Source: Patescibacteria group bacterium (GTDB lineage: Bacteria > Patescibacteriota > Patescibacteriia > UBA9570). From it: DNA of 64,000 bases. Location: NCBI GenBank assembly GCA_024277435.1, contig JAJRVJ010000010.1:23663-87662 (forward strand). Direction: 5' to 3'. Of the stretch, positions 1-10,856 are shown one piece after another. The notes beneath the pieces are model-generated. The model was not told where the DNA came from. It saw only the letters and a program-made list of their open reading frames with translations, and searched no databases. Positions within the stretch are counted from its first letter, which is position 1. Each line of letters opens with the position of its first letter. The position numbers and the translations under genes are program-made.

Positions 1-216
1 TGTGAGTCCATATTTGGTAGCCAAACCAGATTTATCCCAAATCAATCCAACACATCCCTCAGGGATAGCCACTGCGATACCAGTTGGAATTTTCACGCGC
101 TCACCTGGTGCAATATTAATATCAGCTACTGAATATAAATCCATGCCAGCATCATGTTCATGAGCGTAATCTGGAACGATTGCCTTAGGATGTAGTTTTT
201 TAATGAGAAGTTCCAT
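1..216 (-). CDS. dut: dUTP diphosphatase (N-terminal part; continues past window start)
   Basis: Manual translation from ATG 214-216: MELLIKKLHPKAIVPDYAHEHDAGMDLYS...KIPTGIAVAIPEGCVGLIWDKSGLA, containing trimeric dUTPase motifs I (AGMDL) and II (KSG). Not in the ORF track. Confidence 0.93.
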   Translation of the reverse strand, partial: MELLIKKLHPKAIVPDYAHEHDAGMDLYSVADINIAPGERVKIPTGIAVAIPEGCVGLIWDKSGLATKYGLT

Positions 217-838
217 GAAAAAGCGTGTCTAATAGTGAGTTAATATCTTGTTGTACTTCTGGCATTGTGCGATTAGCATCAAGTTGCACCCAGCATTCTT
301 GTTCACTAGCTAATTTTTGAAAATAGTTACGGACGGATGTGTGAAAGTCTAAGTCAAAATCATCAAAGTTCGTCATTTCATGACCCGGCTGTATCTGCTT
401 TCGGCCAACACCAACTTTAGGATCTACATCTAAATAAATAACCAAATCCGGCTCTAGTTGCTTGCGACTATATGCCTCCATTTGCATAATGAATTCTGGA
501 TTAGCTAAACCACGAGCACCAATTTGATACGCCAGTGTTGATCCAGTAAAGCGATCACATAGCACAGTTGTATTATCTTGTAGGGCTGGCTGTATTACCG
601 TTTCTACATGCTGAGCGCGATCAGCTAAAAATAAAAATAATTCTGCGGTAGGAACAGGAGTATGTGTTGTTGATAGAATTGTTTCACGAATAGTCCTACC
701 AAGCTGCGTACCCCCTGGTTCATGAGTAGTAATAATACCCATGTCTTGATTTTCCAAGTACTCTTGAGAAAATCGAACATGGTGTGTTTTACCACTACCT
801 TCCCCGCCTTCAAAAACTATAAATTTACCACGTGTCAT
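200..838 (-). CDS. tmk: Thymidylate kinase
   Basis: FIVFEGGEGSGKT P-loop, EPGGT, LFLADRAQH, CDRF. Start moved to ATG 836-838 (MTRGKF). Confidence 0.95.
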   Translation of the reverse strand: MTRGKFIVFEGGEGSGKTHHVRFSQEYLENQDMGIITTHEPGGTQLGRTIRETILSTTHTPVPTAELFLFLADRAQHVETVIQPALQDNTTVLCDRFTGSTLAYQIGARGLANPEFIMQMEAYSRKQLEPDLVIYLDVDPKVGVGRKQIQPGHEMTNFDDFDLDFHTSVRNYFQKLASEQECWVQLDANRTMPEVQQDINSLLDTLFHGTSH

Positions 839-845
839 ATGAGCT

Positions 846-854
846 ACTATATCA
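846..854 (-). promoter_or_regulatory. Extended -10 promoter (TGaTATAGT), 7 nt before the tmk ATG
   Basis: Matches TGnTAnnnT at leaderless-type spacing. Confidence 0.55.
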
Positions 855-857
855 GAG

Positions 858-2642
858 TCATTGCCAACCAGCAATACGAGCCCCTCCTGTAAATTCTTGT
901 TCATAAATGCGAGTATTGAATAGGGTCTCGCTTTCTCCTACACTATCCAGACGATAGATTTTTACCCAAGCCTGACCATTACTAGCTTGACTAGCAACAA
1001 TTTCCATTTTTCCTTCATTATCATCCCATTGTGTAGTTGACACATCTACACTTCCTGTAAAATCTTCTCCAAATGGAAAAAATGATATACCCTTATTCTT
1101 CCCTCGACCTGAAAATATTTTTATCCTTCCTGTTTTTTTACTCTCTGTTCCAGTAATAATATCCGCTTTTTTATCCCCATCAATATCTGCGCTAGTTACA
1201 TTTACCCCTCCCTTATATCTTGCTTTGTAGGGCTTAAACCGCTTAAGTACATTCGAGCCATCCTCATTAATAACCGCTACACGAGTTTTTGTCCCCTTGC
1301 GCGTACCAACGATAACCTCATCTATTCCGTCATTATCAATATCGCCAGCTGTAACATCTAGGCCGGATCGTGGATTATCAGCAAATGGCTGCATAGACCA
1401 TAATTCTGTGCCATTACGTTTATATACCTTCACTGTGGCAACTTGGCGCTTACCAGAACCAACGATAATCTCATCTTTGCCATCACCAGTAACATCACCA
1501 GTAACAACTCGTATAGCACCCTTTCGAAATGGTTTAAAGGTATTCACTATAGTGCCTTCTGGGCCAAATATACGAACCCGAGAGGTTTTTTTTGATGAGC
1601 CTGTACCAACAATAATATTTGTTTCTCCATCACCAGTAACATCACCTACTGCCACGTCACCACTTTTATTCCAACTTGAACTAAATGGATAAAATGAATT
1701 TAATGCTGTAGCGCCGTATGACCACTGCGTTATAAACGCATCGCTCGCATTACCCTTGGCAGCAACAACAGCGGCTGAAGTGTAACGATCAGGATCTTTG
1801 ACAACCCGTTTTGTAATTTTTGTTTTGTTACCAAAATTATCGGTTGCCACAATTCGTAATTGCATATCTCCATCGGCATACTCGGAAAGCGGCACTACCA
1901 CTGAATATGATCCGTGAACAGATTCTGTACTCGCAAGGGTTGCCCAGGTATCACTACTGTTTTGGCGAGCTCGATATTTAACGGATTGTAATCCACTACC
2001 AATATCCCGAGGTTCTGACGTAATAATTGCAGTGCTACCAACAATTTGACCAGCTTCAAGATCCCAACCAATTGTTGGTGACCAGTTATCTGTTATTAAG
2101 TGGTTAGGTATGTATACTTCCGGATCGTACCATTCATTGGCTGTTTCAGGATCTATAACATGTCCATAGTATATCCAATCTGAGCTATACGGTGTTTTAT
2201 GAATACCGTAGTGAAGATGAGTGCCCCATCCACCATTTTCTGAAGGAGATCCCAGGTAACCAATTACATCCCCTGCTTTTACCGATTGTCCAACTACTAC
2301 CGTTGGATTACTTGGCCTCAAGTGTCCATATAACGATACATTCGCTGATTCACCATCTGGAAAATGTTCAATAAGAATAACTAATCCAAAACTTGTTCGC
2401 TCTTGCGCTTCACGAACAATTCCATCTGCACTTGCATACACTGGATCACCGGCATCCAAATCAAACCCTACGTCAACTCCCATATGGTAGTAACTCTCCC
2501 CTATCTCCTCTCCGTGGGTAGTAGAAACGTTCCAGGAATCTAACGGGTATATATAGTTAGTTTTAGCACTAGCTATTGCGGGAACACCAAAGAAAGTAAT
2601 GCATAGACTAAAAGATAGGCAATATCTCAGGATAGTTCGCAT
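858..2642 (-). CDS. Secreted M23 metallopeptidase with Ig-like domain and FG-GAP/VCBS repeats
   Basis: Signal peptide; HMGVD, YGHL and HLH zinc motifs; repeated GDVTGDGxxEIIVG and DIDxDG motifs. Confidence 0.88.
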   Translation of the reverse strand: MRTILRYCLSFSLCITFFGVPAIASAKTNYIYPLDSWNVSTTHGEEIGESYYHMGVDVGFDLDAGDPVYASADGIVREAQERTSFGLVILIEHFPDGESANVSLYGHLRPSNPTVVVGQSVKAGDVIGYLGSPSENGGWGTHLHYGIHKTPYSSDWIYYGHVIDPETANEWYDPEVYIPNHLITDNWSPTIGWDLEAGQIVGSTAIITSEPRDIGSGLQSVKYRARQNSSDTWATLASTESVHGSYSVVVPLSEYADGDMQLRIVATDNFGNKTKITKRVVKDPDRYTSAAVVAAKGNASDAFITQWSYGATALNSFYPFSSSWNKSGDVAVGDVTGDGETNIIVGTGSSKKTSRVRIFGPEGTIVNTFKPFRKGAIRVVTGDVTGDGKDEIIVGSGKRQVATVKVYKRNGTELWSMQPFADNPRSGLDVTAGDIDNDGIDEVIVGTRKGTKTRVAVINEDGSNVLKRFKPYKARYKGGVNVTSADIDGDKKADIITGTESKKTGRIKIFSGRGKNKGISFFPFGEDFTGSVDVSTTQWDDNEGKMEIVASQASNGQAWVKIYRLDSVGESETLFNTRIYEQEFTGGARIAGWQ

Positions 2643-2648
2643 ATCTTT

Positions 2649-2657
2649 AGTATATCA
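2649..2657 (-). promoter_or_regulatory. Extended -10 promoter (TGaTATACT), 6 nt before the M23 gene ATG
   Basis: Sequence match and spacing. Confidence 0.6.
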
Positions 2658-2669
2658 CGTCGCGATCTA

Positions 2670-3203
2670 CTAAAGTAGCTCTTCTAATTTTGCATAAAAA
2701 TCCTCTAGTGAACTGTTGTTTTCTATTATATGACTCGCAATTTTAGATAGATCAACGATACCAGCTTCAGTTGCATCCGATTCTCGTCTTGAAAACTCAT
2801 TAAATGACATATTTACTTCATCAGCCTTCTCAACCCTGTCTTTAATCCTATTATATCGCTCCTCTAGAGACGCAGTGATATATACTAGTGTAAAATCTGG
2901 TAACGACCTCAGGACTTCATATTCAGCCATGTAACGCATGCCATCAACAATATGCAACTCGTTAAGGTTATTATTCTGTAAGTCTTTATAAAGCACCCGA
3001 GCGAGCATGTCGTCACCAAATACAGTCCTTAGTACCGTACCAATCTGCACTAGATTAGCACGGCTATTTTCCTGGTGTAGTCGCTTAAGGATATCTGTTA
3101 AAGGCGCTGAAAATCGATAACTTGAGGCCTTGTGTGCATGAACAAAATAATCAGCTGCAGTAGTTTTGCCAGCTAATTTTTCTCCTGTTAAAGCAATAAT
3201 CAT
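2670..3203 (-). CDS. P-loop nucleoside monophosphate kinase-like protein (dNMP kinase / archaeal dephospho-CoA kinase-like)
   Basis: IALTGEKLAGKTT Walker A, DGMRY..E, C-terminal IENNSSLEDF; ATGA overlap with the deaminase gene. Confidence 0.75.
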   Translation of the reverse strand: MIIALTGEKLAGKTTAADYFVHAHKASSYRFSAPLTDILKRLHQENSRANLVQIGTVLRTVFGDDMLARVLYKDLQNNNLNELHIVDGMRYMAEYEVLRSLPDFTLVYITASLEERYNRIKDRVEKADEVNMSFNEFSRRESDATEAGIVDLSKIASHIIENNSSLEDFYAKLEELL

Positions 3204-3649
3204 ACAATAACAGTTTCTTTATCATTTTCAATGATTGCAAATTCAACATTTGCCTCCTTAAACATATTGATAACCGAATCATCTCGATATAAATTTCGAG
3301 CCACAACTCGTTTAATGTGTGCATTCAGAATGATTTTTGTACAAATTTTACACGGACTATGAGTTGTATACAGTGTTGATCCAGAAGTGGGCGTACCATG
3401 AACAGCTGCTTGAATAATCGCATTCTGTTCAGCATGAGTTGTGCGGACACAATGATTATTTTCCATCATATGTCCAACCTCATCACAGTGACCCAATCCA
3501 TGTGGAGCACCATTATAACCAGTTGAAATAATATATTTATCCTTAACAAGTACAGCACCAATATGCGCGCGATCGCACGTAGCACGACGCGACACCACTT
3601 CTGCGATATCGAGAAAATATTTATCTAATTCCGGACGACCATTAGCCAT
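3200..3649 (-). CDS. dCMP deaminase (ComEB family)
   Basis: RATCDR, STGYNG, HAEQNAI, PCKIC zinc motifs; start at ATG 3647-3649. Confidence 0.92.
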   Translation of the reverse strand: MANGRPELDKYFLDIAEVVSRRATCDRAHIGAVLVKDKYIISTGYNGAPHGLGHCDEVGHMMENNHCVRTTHAEQNAIIQAAVHGTPTSGSTLYTTHSPCKICTKIILNAHIKRVVARNLYRDDSVINMFKEANVEFAIIENDKETVIV

Positions 3650-3655
3650 GCCGGT

Positions 3656-3664
3656 ATTATACCA
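3656..3664 (-). promoter_or_regulatory. Extended -10 promoter (TGgTATAAT) overlapping the rplA stop, 6 nt before the deaminase ATG
   Basis: Perfect TGnTATAAT. Confidence 0.65.
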
Positions 3665-4337
3665 CAATACGTATACCTGGGCTCATTGATGAGCAAATTA
3701 CAGCACTTATAATAAATTTGCCCTTAGACGTAGATGGCTTAACCTTACGAATAGCTTCTAAAGCAACGATGATATTATTTTGTAGCTGTTCCGAAGTAAA
3801 TGATACTTTACCGACACCCATATGAATATTGGCTGTGCTATCATTCTTAAAATTTACCTTACCCTTCTTTAAGCTCTCAACCATTTCTCTTATATTGGGT
3901 CCAATAGTTTCAGTTTTTGGATTTGGCATTAAGCCCTTTTGCCCCAATGTTCTTGCGATAGGCCCTAGTGATTTCATCATATTAGGTGTAGCAACGGCAA
4001 CATCGAAATTTACCTTACCAGTTTTTTTAATCTCATCAATCACCTCTTGTGTACCAATAATATCTGCGCCGGCTTCTTTAGCTTCTGCCTCTTTAGCGGG
4101 ACCAACAAATGCGATTACCCGGATAGTTTTTCCGCTACCATGCGGTAGATTCACTACTCCGCGAACGATTTGATCTGATTTTGATGCATCAATTCCTAAA
4201 CGAATATGTAACTCAACGCTACCATCAAATTTAGTTGGAGATTCCTGTAGTAGCGCAAGCGCCTCTGTTAACGGATATACTTTATCCGCATCAATCTTGC
4301 TTTTTAATTCTGTATAACGCTTTGAACGTTTAGCCAT
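3657..4337 (-). CDS. rplA: 50S ribosomal protein L1
   Basis: KFDGSVELHIRLGID, LPHGSGK, LGQKGLMPNPK, SSMSPG. Confidence 0.98.
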   Translation of the reverse strand: MAKRSKRYTELKSKIDADKVYPLTEALALLQESPTKFDGSVELHIRLGIDASKSDQIVRGVVNLPHGSGKTIRVIAFVGPAKEAEAKEAGADIIGTQEVIDEIKKTGKVNFDVAVATPNMMKSLGPIARTLGQKGLMPNPKTETIGPNIREMVESLKKGKVNFKNDSTANIHMGVGKVSFTSEQLQNNIIVALEAIRKVKPSTSKGKFIISAVICSSMSPGIRIVV

Positions 4338-4353
4338 ATATTTATTTCGTTAC

Positions 4354-4389
4354 GTGGTACTAACAAAGTGTCGACAACACCTCTTCCAC
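4354..4389 (-). promoter_or_regulatory. Putative L1-binding autoregulatory mRNA hairpin upstream of rplA
   Basis: GUGG-AAG-AGGUGU-ugucg-ACACUU-uguuagua-CCAC: two stems with an asymmetric internal loop, resembling known L1 operators. Confidence 0.65.
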
Positions 4390-4405
4390 ATGACAAGTAA
4401 TTTAA

Positions 4406-4831
4406 TTATTCTTGAATGATAACACCCATTTGACGCGCGGTACCCTCGATAATTTTCATTGCGGCATCGATATCATTCGCATTAAGGTCGGGCATTTTTG
4501 TTTCAGCAATTTCACGTACTTGATCTCGAGTTAGCTTACCAACTTTATCGGTTTGTGGCTTACCGGATCCTTTCTTGATATTCGCAGCCTTCTTGATAAG
4601 TTCAGCTGCAGGTGGCGTTTTTACGATAAAATCGAATGATCGATCTTCATACACACTAATAACAACAGGAAGGATATTACCACGCTGATCCGCAGTTTTC
4701 GCATTGAAAGCGCTGCAGAAATCTTGAATGTTTAATCCATGCTGTCCGAGAGCTGGACCAACTGGAGGAGCGGGATTAGCCGCACCAGCTGGAATTTGCA
4801 ATTTAATAGTTGTTTTAAGAGTTTTAGCCAT
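4406..4831 (-). CDS. rplK: 50S ribosomal protein L11
   Basis: [30 protein letters not shown]. Confidence 0.99.
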   Translation of the reverse strand: MAKTLKTTIKLQIPAGAANPAPPVGPALGQHGLNIQDFCSAFNAKTADQRGNILPVVISVYEDRSFDFIVKTPPAAELIKKAANIKKGSGKPQTDKVGKLTRDQVREIAETKMPDLNANDIDAAMKIIEGTARQMGVIIQE

Positions 4832-4837
4832 AGTATT

Positions 4838-5383
4838 TTATGATTTTTTAATCTGTAACGGATCTAGCTCAACTGGAGTTTCACGTCCAAACATTGATAC
4901 CATCACCTTAACTTTTCCACGAACTTCATCAACATCTGATACCTTACCTTCCATATCTTTAAATGGACCATCGATAATGCGGATGGAATCTCCAATGCCG
5001 AAATCCATATTCATGGTTGGTTGCTCGATACCCATGCGTCGTTTCAGTTCTTTTACTTCAGCTTCTGAAATTGGGGTTGGTGTGGTACCAGATCCAACGA
5101 AACCAGTAACATTTGGAGTGTTTCGAACAACGTACCAAGAGTCATCTGTAACGATCATTTCAACGAGCACATATCCTGGAAATATTTTTTCGGTAACAAC
5201 TTTACGCTTACCATTCTTAATCTTAATCTTCTTCTCAGTTGGAACTAATACATTGTAAATTTTATCCTCCATATCCATCGATTCTACACGTTGGCGGAGA
5301 TTATCAGATACATTTTCTTCGTAACCTGAGTAGGTATGTAATACATACCAACGTCTACCTTGTCCGGCGGTTTGCTTTGGCAT
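4838..5383 (-). CDS. nusG: Transcription termination/antitermination factor NusG
   Basis: WYVLHTYSGYE, FPGYVLVEM, KOW domain, FGRETPVEL. Confidence 0.98.
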   Translation of the reverse strand: MPKQTAGQGRRWYVLHTYSGYEENVSDNLRQRVESMDMEDKIYNVLVPTEKKIKIKNGKRKVVTEKIFPGYVLVEMIVTDDSWYVVRNTPNVTGFVGSGTTPTPISEAEVKELKRRMGIEQPTMNMDFGIGDSIRIIDGPFKDMEGKVSDVDEVRGKVKVMVSMFGRETPVELDPLQIKKS

Positions 5384-5391
5384 ACTGTTTC

Positions 5392-5709
5392 TTAATTAAG
5401 CGTTTTTAAATCAATAAGATAATTCAATCCTTCATTGAATCCATAATCTAATATTCCTAGAAAGGCTGCTACAAAAATGCTGAAGGCGATAACAACTAAT
5501 GTGCTACGAATAGCCTCATCTCGAGTAGGCCAAGTTACCTTTTTAAACTCTTTGTAAGCATTTTGTGTATAGCGTATTAACGAAAACTTTTCATCATTAG
5601 CCACTTCCTTCGCTGGACCATCGACCTTCTTTGGATTATCTTCCTGCTTTTGAAGTTTACGCTGAAAACGTTCCGCAACTTGCTCGTCTGACTGTTGCTC
5701 TTTTGCCAT
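5392..5709 (-). CDS. secE: Preprotein translocase subunit SecE
   Basis: EFKKVTWPT motif plus one TM helix, upstream of nusG. Confidence 0.95.
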   Translation of the reverse strand: MAKEQQSDEQVAERFQRKLQKQEDNPKKVDGPAKEVANDEKFSLIRYTQNAYKEFKKVTWPTRDEAIRSTLVVIAFSIFVAAFLGILDYGFNEGLNYLIDLKTLN

Positions 5710-5766
5710 TAGTTCCTTTGTAATTATTGGATTTTAAAATGGCCTTTTGGGGGCCATCAGTTAAGA

Positions 5767-5795
5767 ATTGTACAGAATTATTAAAAATCCGTCAA
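5767..5795 (-). promoter_or_regulatory. Sigma70 promoter for secE-nusG-rplK-rplA
   Basis: TTGACG-17 bp-TACAAT on the minus strand. Confidence 0.7.
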
Positions 5796-5802
5796 ATCTA
5801 CT

Positions 5803-6353
5803 CTACCAAGGCGTATCTTTATACCCTATACTATAGCCAATTCTATTTACAGCAATATGAAGAAAAATAGCTGATATTAGTACTGTTAACCAAGTTATCC
5901 AATCTACATGAACAAATAACGCAATAAATAGCGTTGCTCCTATCACAAAATCTAATTGATCAAATGGAACCCAAGCGGCTCCGGGCTTAATACCAACACG
6001 GCGCTTAAAAAAACTCTTTACAAGATCTCCTGTAAGCGCACCAAATCCCAATAATGCACCAAACCACCAAGGAAAATTAGTATAATCAAACGCCGACCAT
6101 TCATTGAACATGGGATTAATAATGGCTAAATATTTTTGAAATGCAAAAAAGATTGCTCCAAATACTATTCCTGCAATAAAACCACGCCAAGTCTTATGAT
6201 CACCAAATATACGATGCGCACCAAGTTTTCTCCCTCCATCAATAGGAGTAGCTAATGATGAAAAGTTATCCTTTATCATTACCGGCGCCATATTTGCAAT
6301 GCCAACTGGCAAATAAAACCACACTAACTTGCCTACCCAGGCAAAAAACTCCA

Positions 6354-6354
<1 letters not shown>
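5803..6354 (-). CDS. carS: CDP-archaeol synthase-like (CarS/DUF46) membrane cytidylyltransferase
   Basis: PVGIANMAP, PIDGG, FGDHKTWRG, GDLVKSFFKRR, DQLDF motifs; TAATG-coupled to gyrB. Confidence 0.85.
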
Positions 6355-8465
<2,111 letters not shown>

Positions 8466-8467
8466 GC

Positions 8468-10846
8468 TTAATAACGGTGTTTAGCATTATATTGCTTACG
8501 TAATTCTTTTACGATATTTTCACGAATCTGCTCAGCCTCTTTCATTTCTAGCGTACGATTATCAGCTGCGAGTACAAAACGTATACCTAGGGACTTATGA
8601 TTATCTGCTACTTTATCGCCAGTGTATACATCAAAAATTTCGGTATTTTGCAATAAGTCTTTAGATTTATCCTGGATAACTGATTGAATTTGTTTCCATG
8701 TAACAGCATTTTCTACTTCTATGGAAATATCTAAATCAAGCGATGGATAAGCATTAATTTTTTGATACTCTGTCACCGAAGTCATGAGCTCTGAGAATCG
8801 AGGTAAATGAATTTCTGCGTAGGCCAAGTGTTTTTCTATTCCAAATTTTTTGGCAACACGAGAAGAAATCACCCCCATTGTGATGAGATGCTTTTTACTT
8901 GCAACATATCTCACATCAGTAAGTGGATCGAATAGCATGAATGGCGCATTTGCGCTTTCCTCACGCTCGGTTATGATACGTAATTTTGCGTTAATGTTAG
9001 CCTGCGCTAATAATGATTCCACAACACCCTTTAACCTGTAGAATACCGATTCATCATCACCTGTCATAGCAATTCCAACTACTGGGAATTCATTTTCATC
9101 AAAGTACACATGCCCGTATTCAGATAATAACAGTTCTTCCTGATGATTATCTAGATTGCGACGTGCGACTTGAAGTATATTTACCAATAATGTCTGCCGT
9201 AAATATTGTTGCTGTGGATTCATTGGATTCAGAATTTCAATATGCCCATCTACTTCTAATCCAGCATTATTAATATCTTGCTCACTATAAAACGAGTAAT
9301 TGTATGTTTCCATAGCACCCAAGCCTGCGAGCCAGTGAATTAACTTCTGACCGGTATGAAAATCGCTTTGTTTAAATGGAGGTTCCAATGTACCTAATAA
9401 TGGCTGTGGCGCTACTTTGTCATAGCCATACATGCGAGCCACTTCTTCTACAATATCTTGATGATTATGAATATCGGTGCGCCACAATGGAACAGTTACC
9501 TCTATCATACTATCATCTTTTTCTACTACTTTAAATCCTAAACCAACTAACCAGCGATGCGTATCTTCTACAGGAACATCAACTCCGATTAATCTATTAA
9601 TGTAATCTAAATCAACTACTACAACAGTTTTTTCCGGCTCAGCCTCTCCAACGTCAATAACTTCAGATGAAATAGTTGCTCCAGCATATTTTTGAAGTAA
9701 ATCTACTGCTCTCCAAAATCCCACTGTAGACATCGATCTACCTAAACCTTTTTCATGTCGTGTACTACCATCGGTGCGAGCAGCAGCGGTTTGCGCAGTT
9801 GTGCGTATAGTTACACCATCAAATTGCGCTGATTCAAGAATAATACTTGTTGTCCTGTCATTCACTTCTGTTTCCGTTCCACCCATTATTCCAGCTAAAG
9901 CTGTTGCCCGCTTAGAATCTGCAATCACCAACATTGATTCCTCTAATTTGCGATCCTTGCCATCAAGTGTTTTTAGAGCCTCGCCCTTCTTAGCTCTTCG
10001 AACATTAATTTCTTTACCATCTACCTTGTCGTAATCGAATGCATGCAATGGTTGGCCGAATTCATACATTACATAATTCGTGATATCCACAACATTATTT
10101 ATCACCTTTACACCAACGGCAACTAAGCGTTCTTGCATCCAATCTGGTGATGGGCCAATTATAATGTTATTCAACACAGCGCCTAAATAGCGATGACAGC
10201 CTTCAGGATCTTTAATGTTAATAGATAACTCATCTTTTCCAAATTGTTCTGCGAATTGTGTAAAATCTGGGATGGTAAGAGGTGTGTTTAGTACTACACT
10301 TAATTCGCGAGCAAATCCGATATGATTAAATAAATCGCTACGATGTGTAAGTGTTTTATTATCAATATCAATGATTACATCATTTAAATTAAGGGCTTCA
10401 CTTACAGGAGTGCCGTTTGCAGGATCATCCTTGGTAAAGAGATGTATTTCTTCGGCACCATTTAGTATATTAATTTCAGAATTCAAGCAGCACATACCTT
10501 GTGATAATTCACCACGTAATTTCCGCTTTTCAATGGTAATATCTCCAATTTTGGCACCCGGTAACGCAACTGGTAGGCGATCACCAGGATTAAGAATAGC
10601 CTTACCTCCAAATACAATCTGGCGCGGCTCATCTTCGCCTACATCAAATTTACCAATGTTTAAATTATCAGCGTCAGGATGTTTTTTAGCTTCTAGAACT
10701 TCTCCGATAACAATATGTTGCAAGTGTTTTGCTTGCTCATCAATTTCTTCTACTTCTGCAATATGCAAAGTAATGAGATTTGCTAATGTTTGCGGATCCT
10801 CTTTAATATCAATGTATTCTTTGAGCCAATTTAACGATAACTTCAT
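8468..10846 (-). CDS. pheT: Phenylalanine--tRNA ligase beta subunit
   Basis: MKLSLNWLKEY start (10844-10846), KHPDAD, NNVVDITNYVM, FDX-ACB C-terminus. Confidence 0.97.
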   Translation of the reverse strand: MKLSLNWLKEYIDIKEDPQTLANLITLHIAEVEEIDEQAKHLQHIVIGEVLEAKKHPDADNLNIGKFDVGEDEPRQIVFGGKAILNPGDRLPVALPGAKIGDITIEKRKLRGELSQGMCCLNSEINILNGAEEIHLFTKDDPANGTPVSEALNLNDVIIDIDNKTLTHRSDLFNHIGFARELSVVLNTPLTIPDFTQFAEQFGKDELSINIKDPEGCHRYLGAVLNNIIIGPSPDWMQERLVAVGVKVINNVVDITNYVMYEFGQPLHAFDYDKVDGKEINVRRAKKGEALKTLDGKDRKLEESMLVIADSKRATALAGIMGGTETEVNDRTTSIILESAQFDGVTIRTTAQTAAARTDGSTRHEKGLGRSMSTVGFWRAVDLLQKYAGATISSEVIDVGEAEPEKTVVVVDLDYINRLIGVDVPVEDTHRWLVGLGFKVVEKDDSMIEVTVPLWRTDIHNHQDIVEEVARMYGYDKVAPQPLLGTLEPPFKQSDFHTGQKLIHWLAGLGAMETYNYSFYSEQDINNAGLEVDGHIEILNPMNPQQQYLRQTLLVNILQVARRNLDNHQEELLLSEYGHVYFDENEFPVVGIAMTGDDESVFYRLKGVVESLLAQANINAKLRIITEREESANAPFMLFDPLTDVRYVASKKHLITMGVISSRVAKKFGIEKHLAYAEIHLPRFSELMTSVTEYQKINAYPSLDLDISIEVENAVTWKQIQSVIQDKSKDLLQNTEIFDVYTGDKVADNHKSLGIRFVLAADNRTLEMKEAEQIRENIVKELRKQYNAKHRY

Positions 10847-10856
10847 ATATGTATTA

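Noticed and set aside
1100-1660. Repeated DNA (CCATCACCAGTAACATCACC) suggesting a CRISPR or repeat array
   Set aside because: It encodes the GDVTGDG FG-GAP protein repeats; there is no spacer periodicity and no cas gene.
5710-5802. Possible tRNA upstream of secE
   Set aside because: No cloverleaf or T-loop GTTC motif; the gap is explained by a promoter and a short hairpin.
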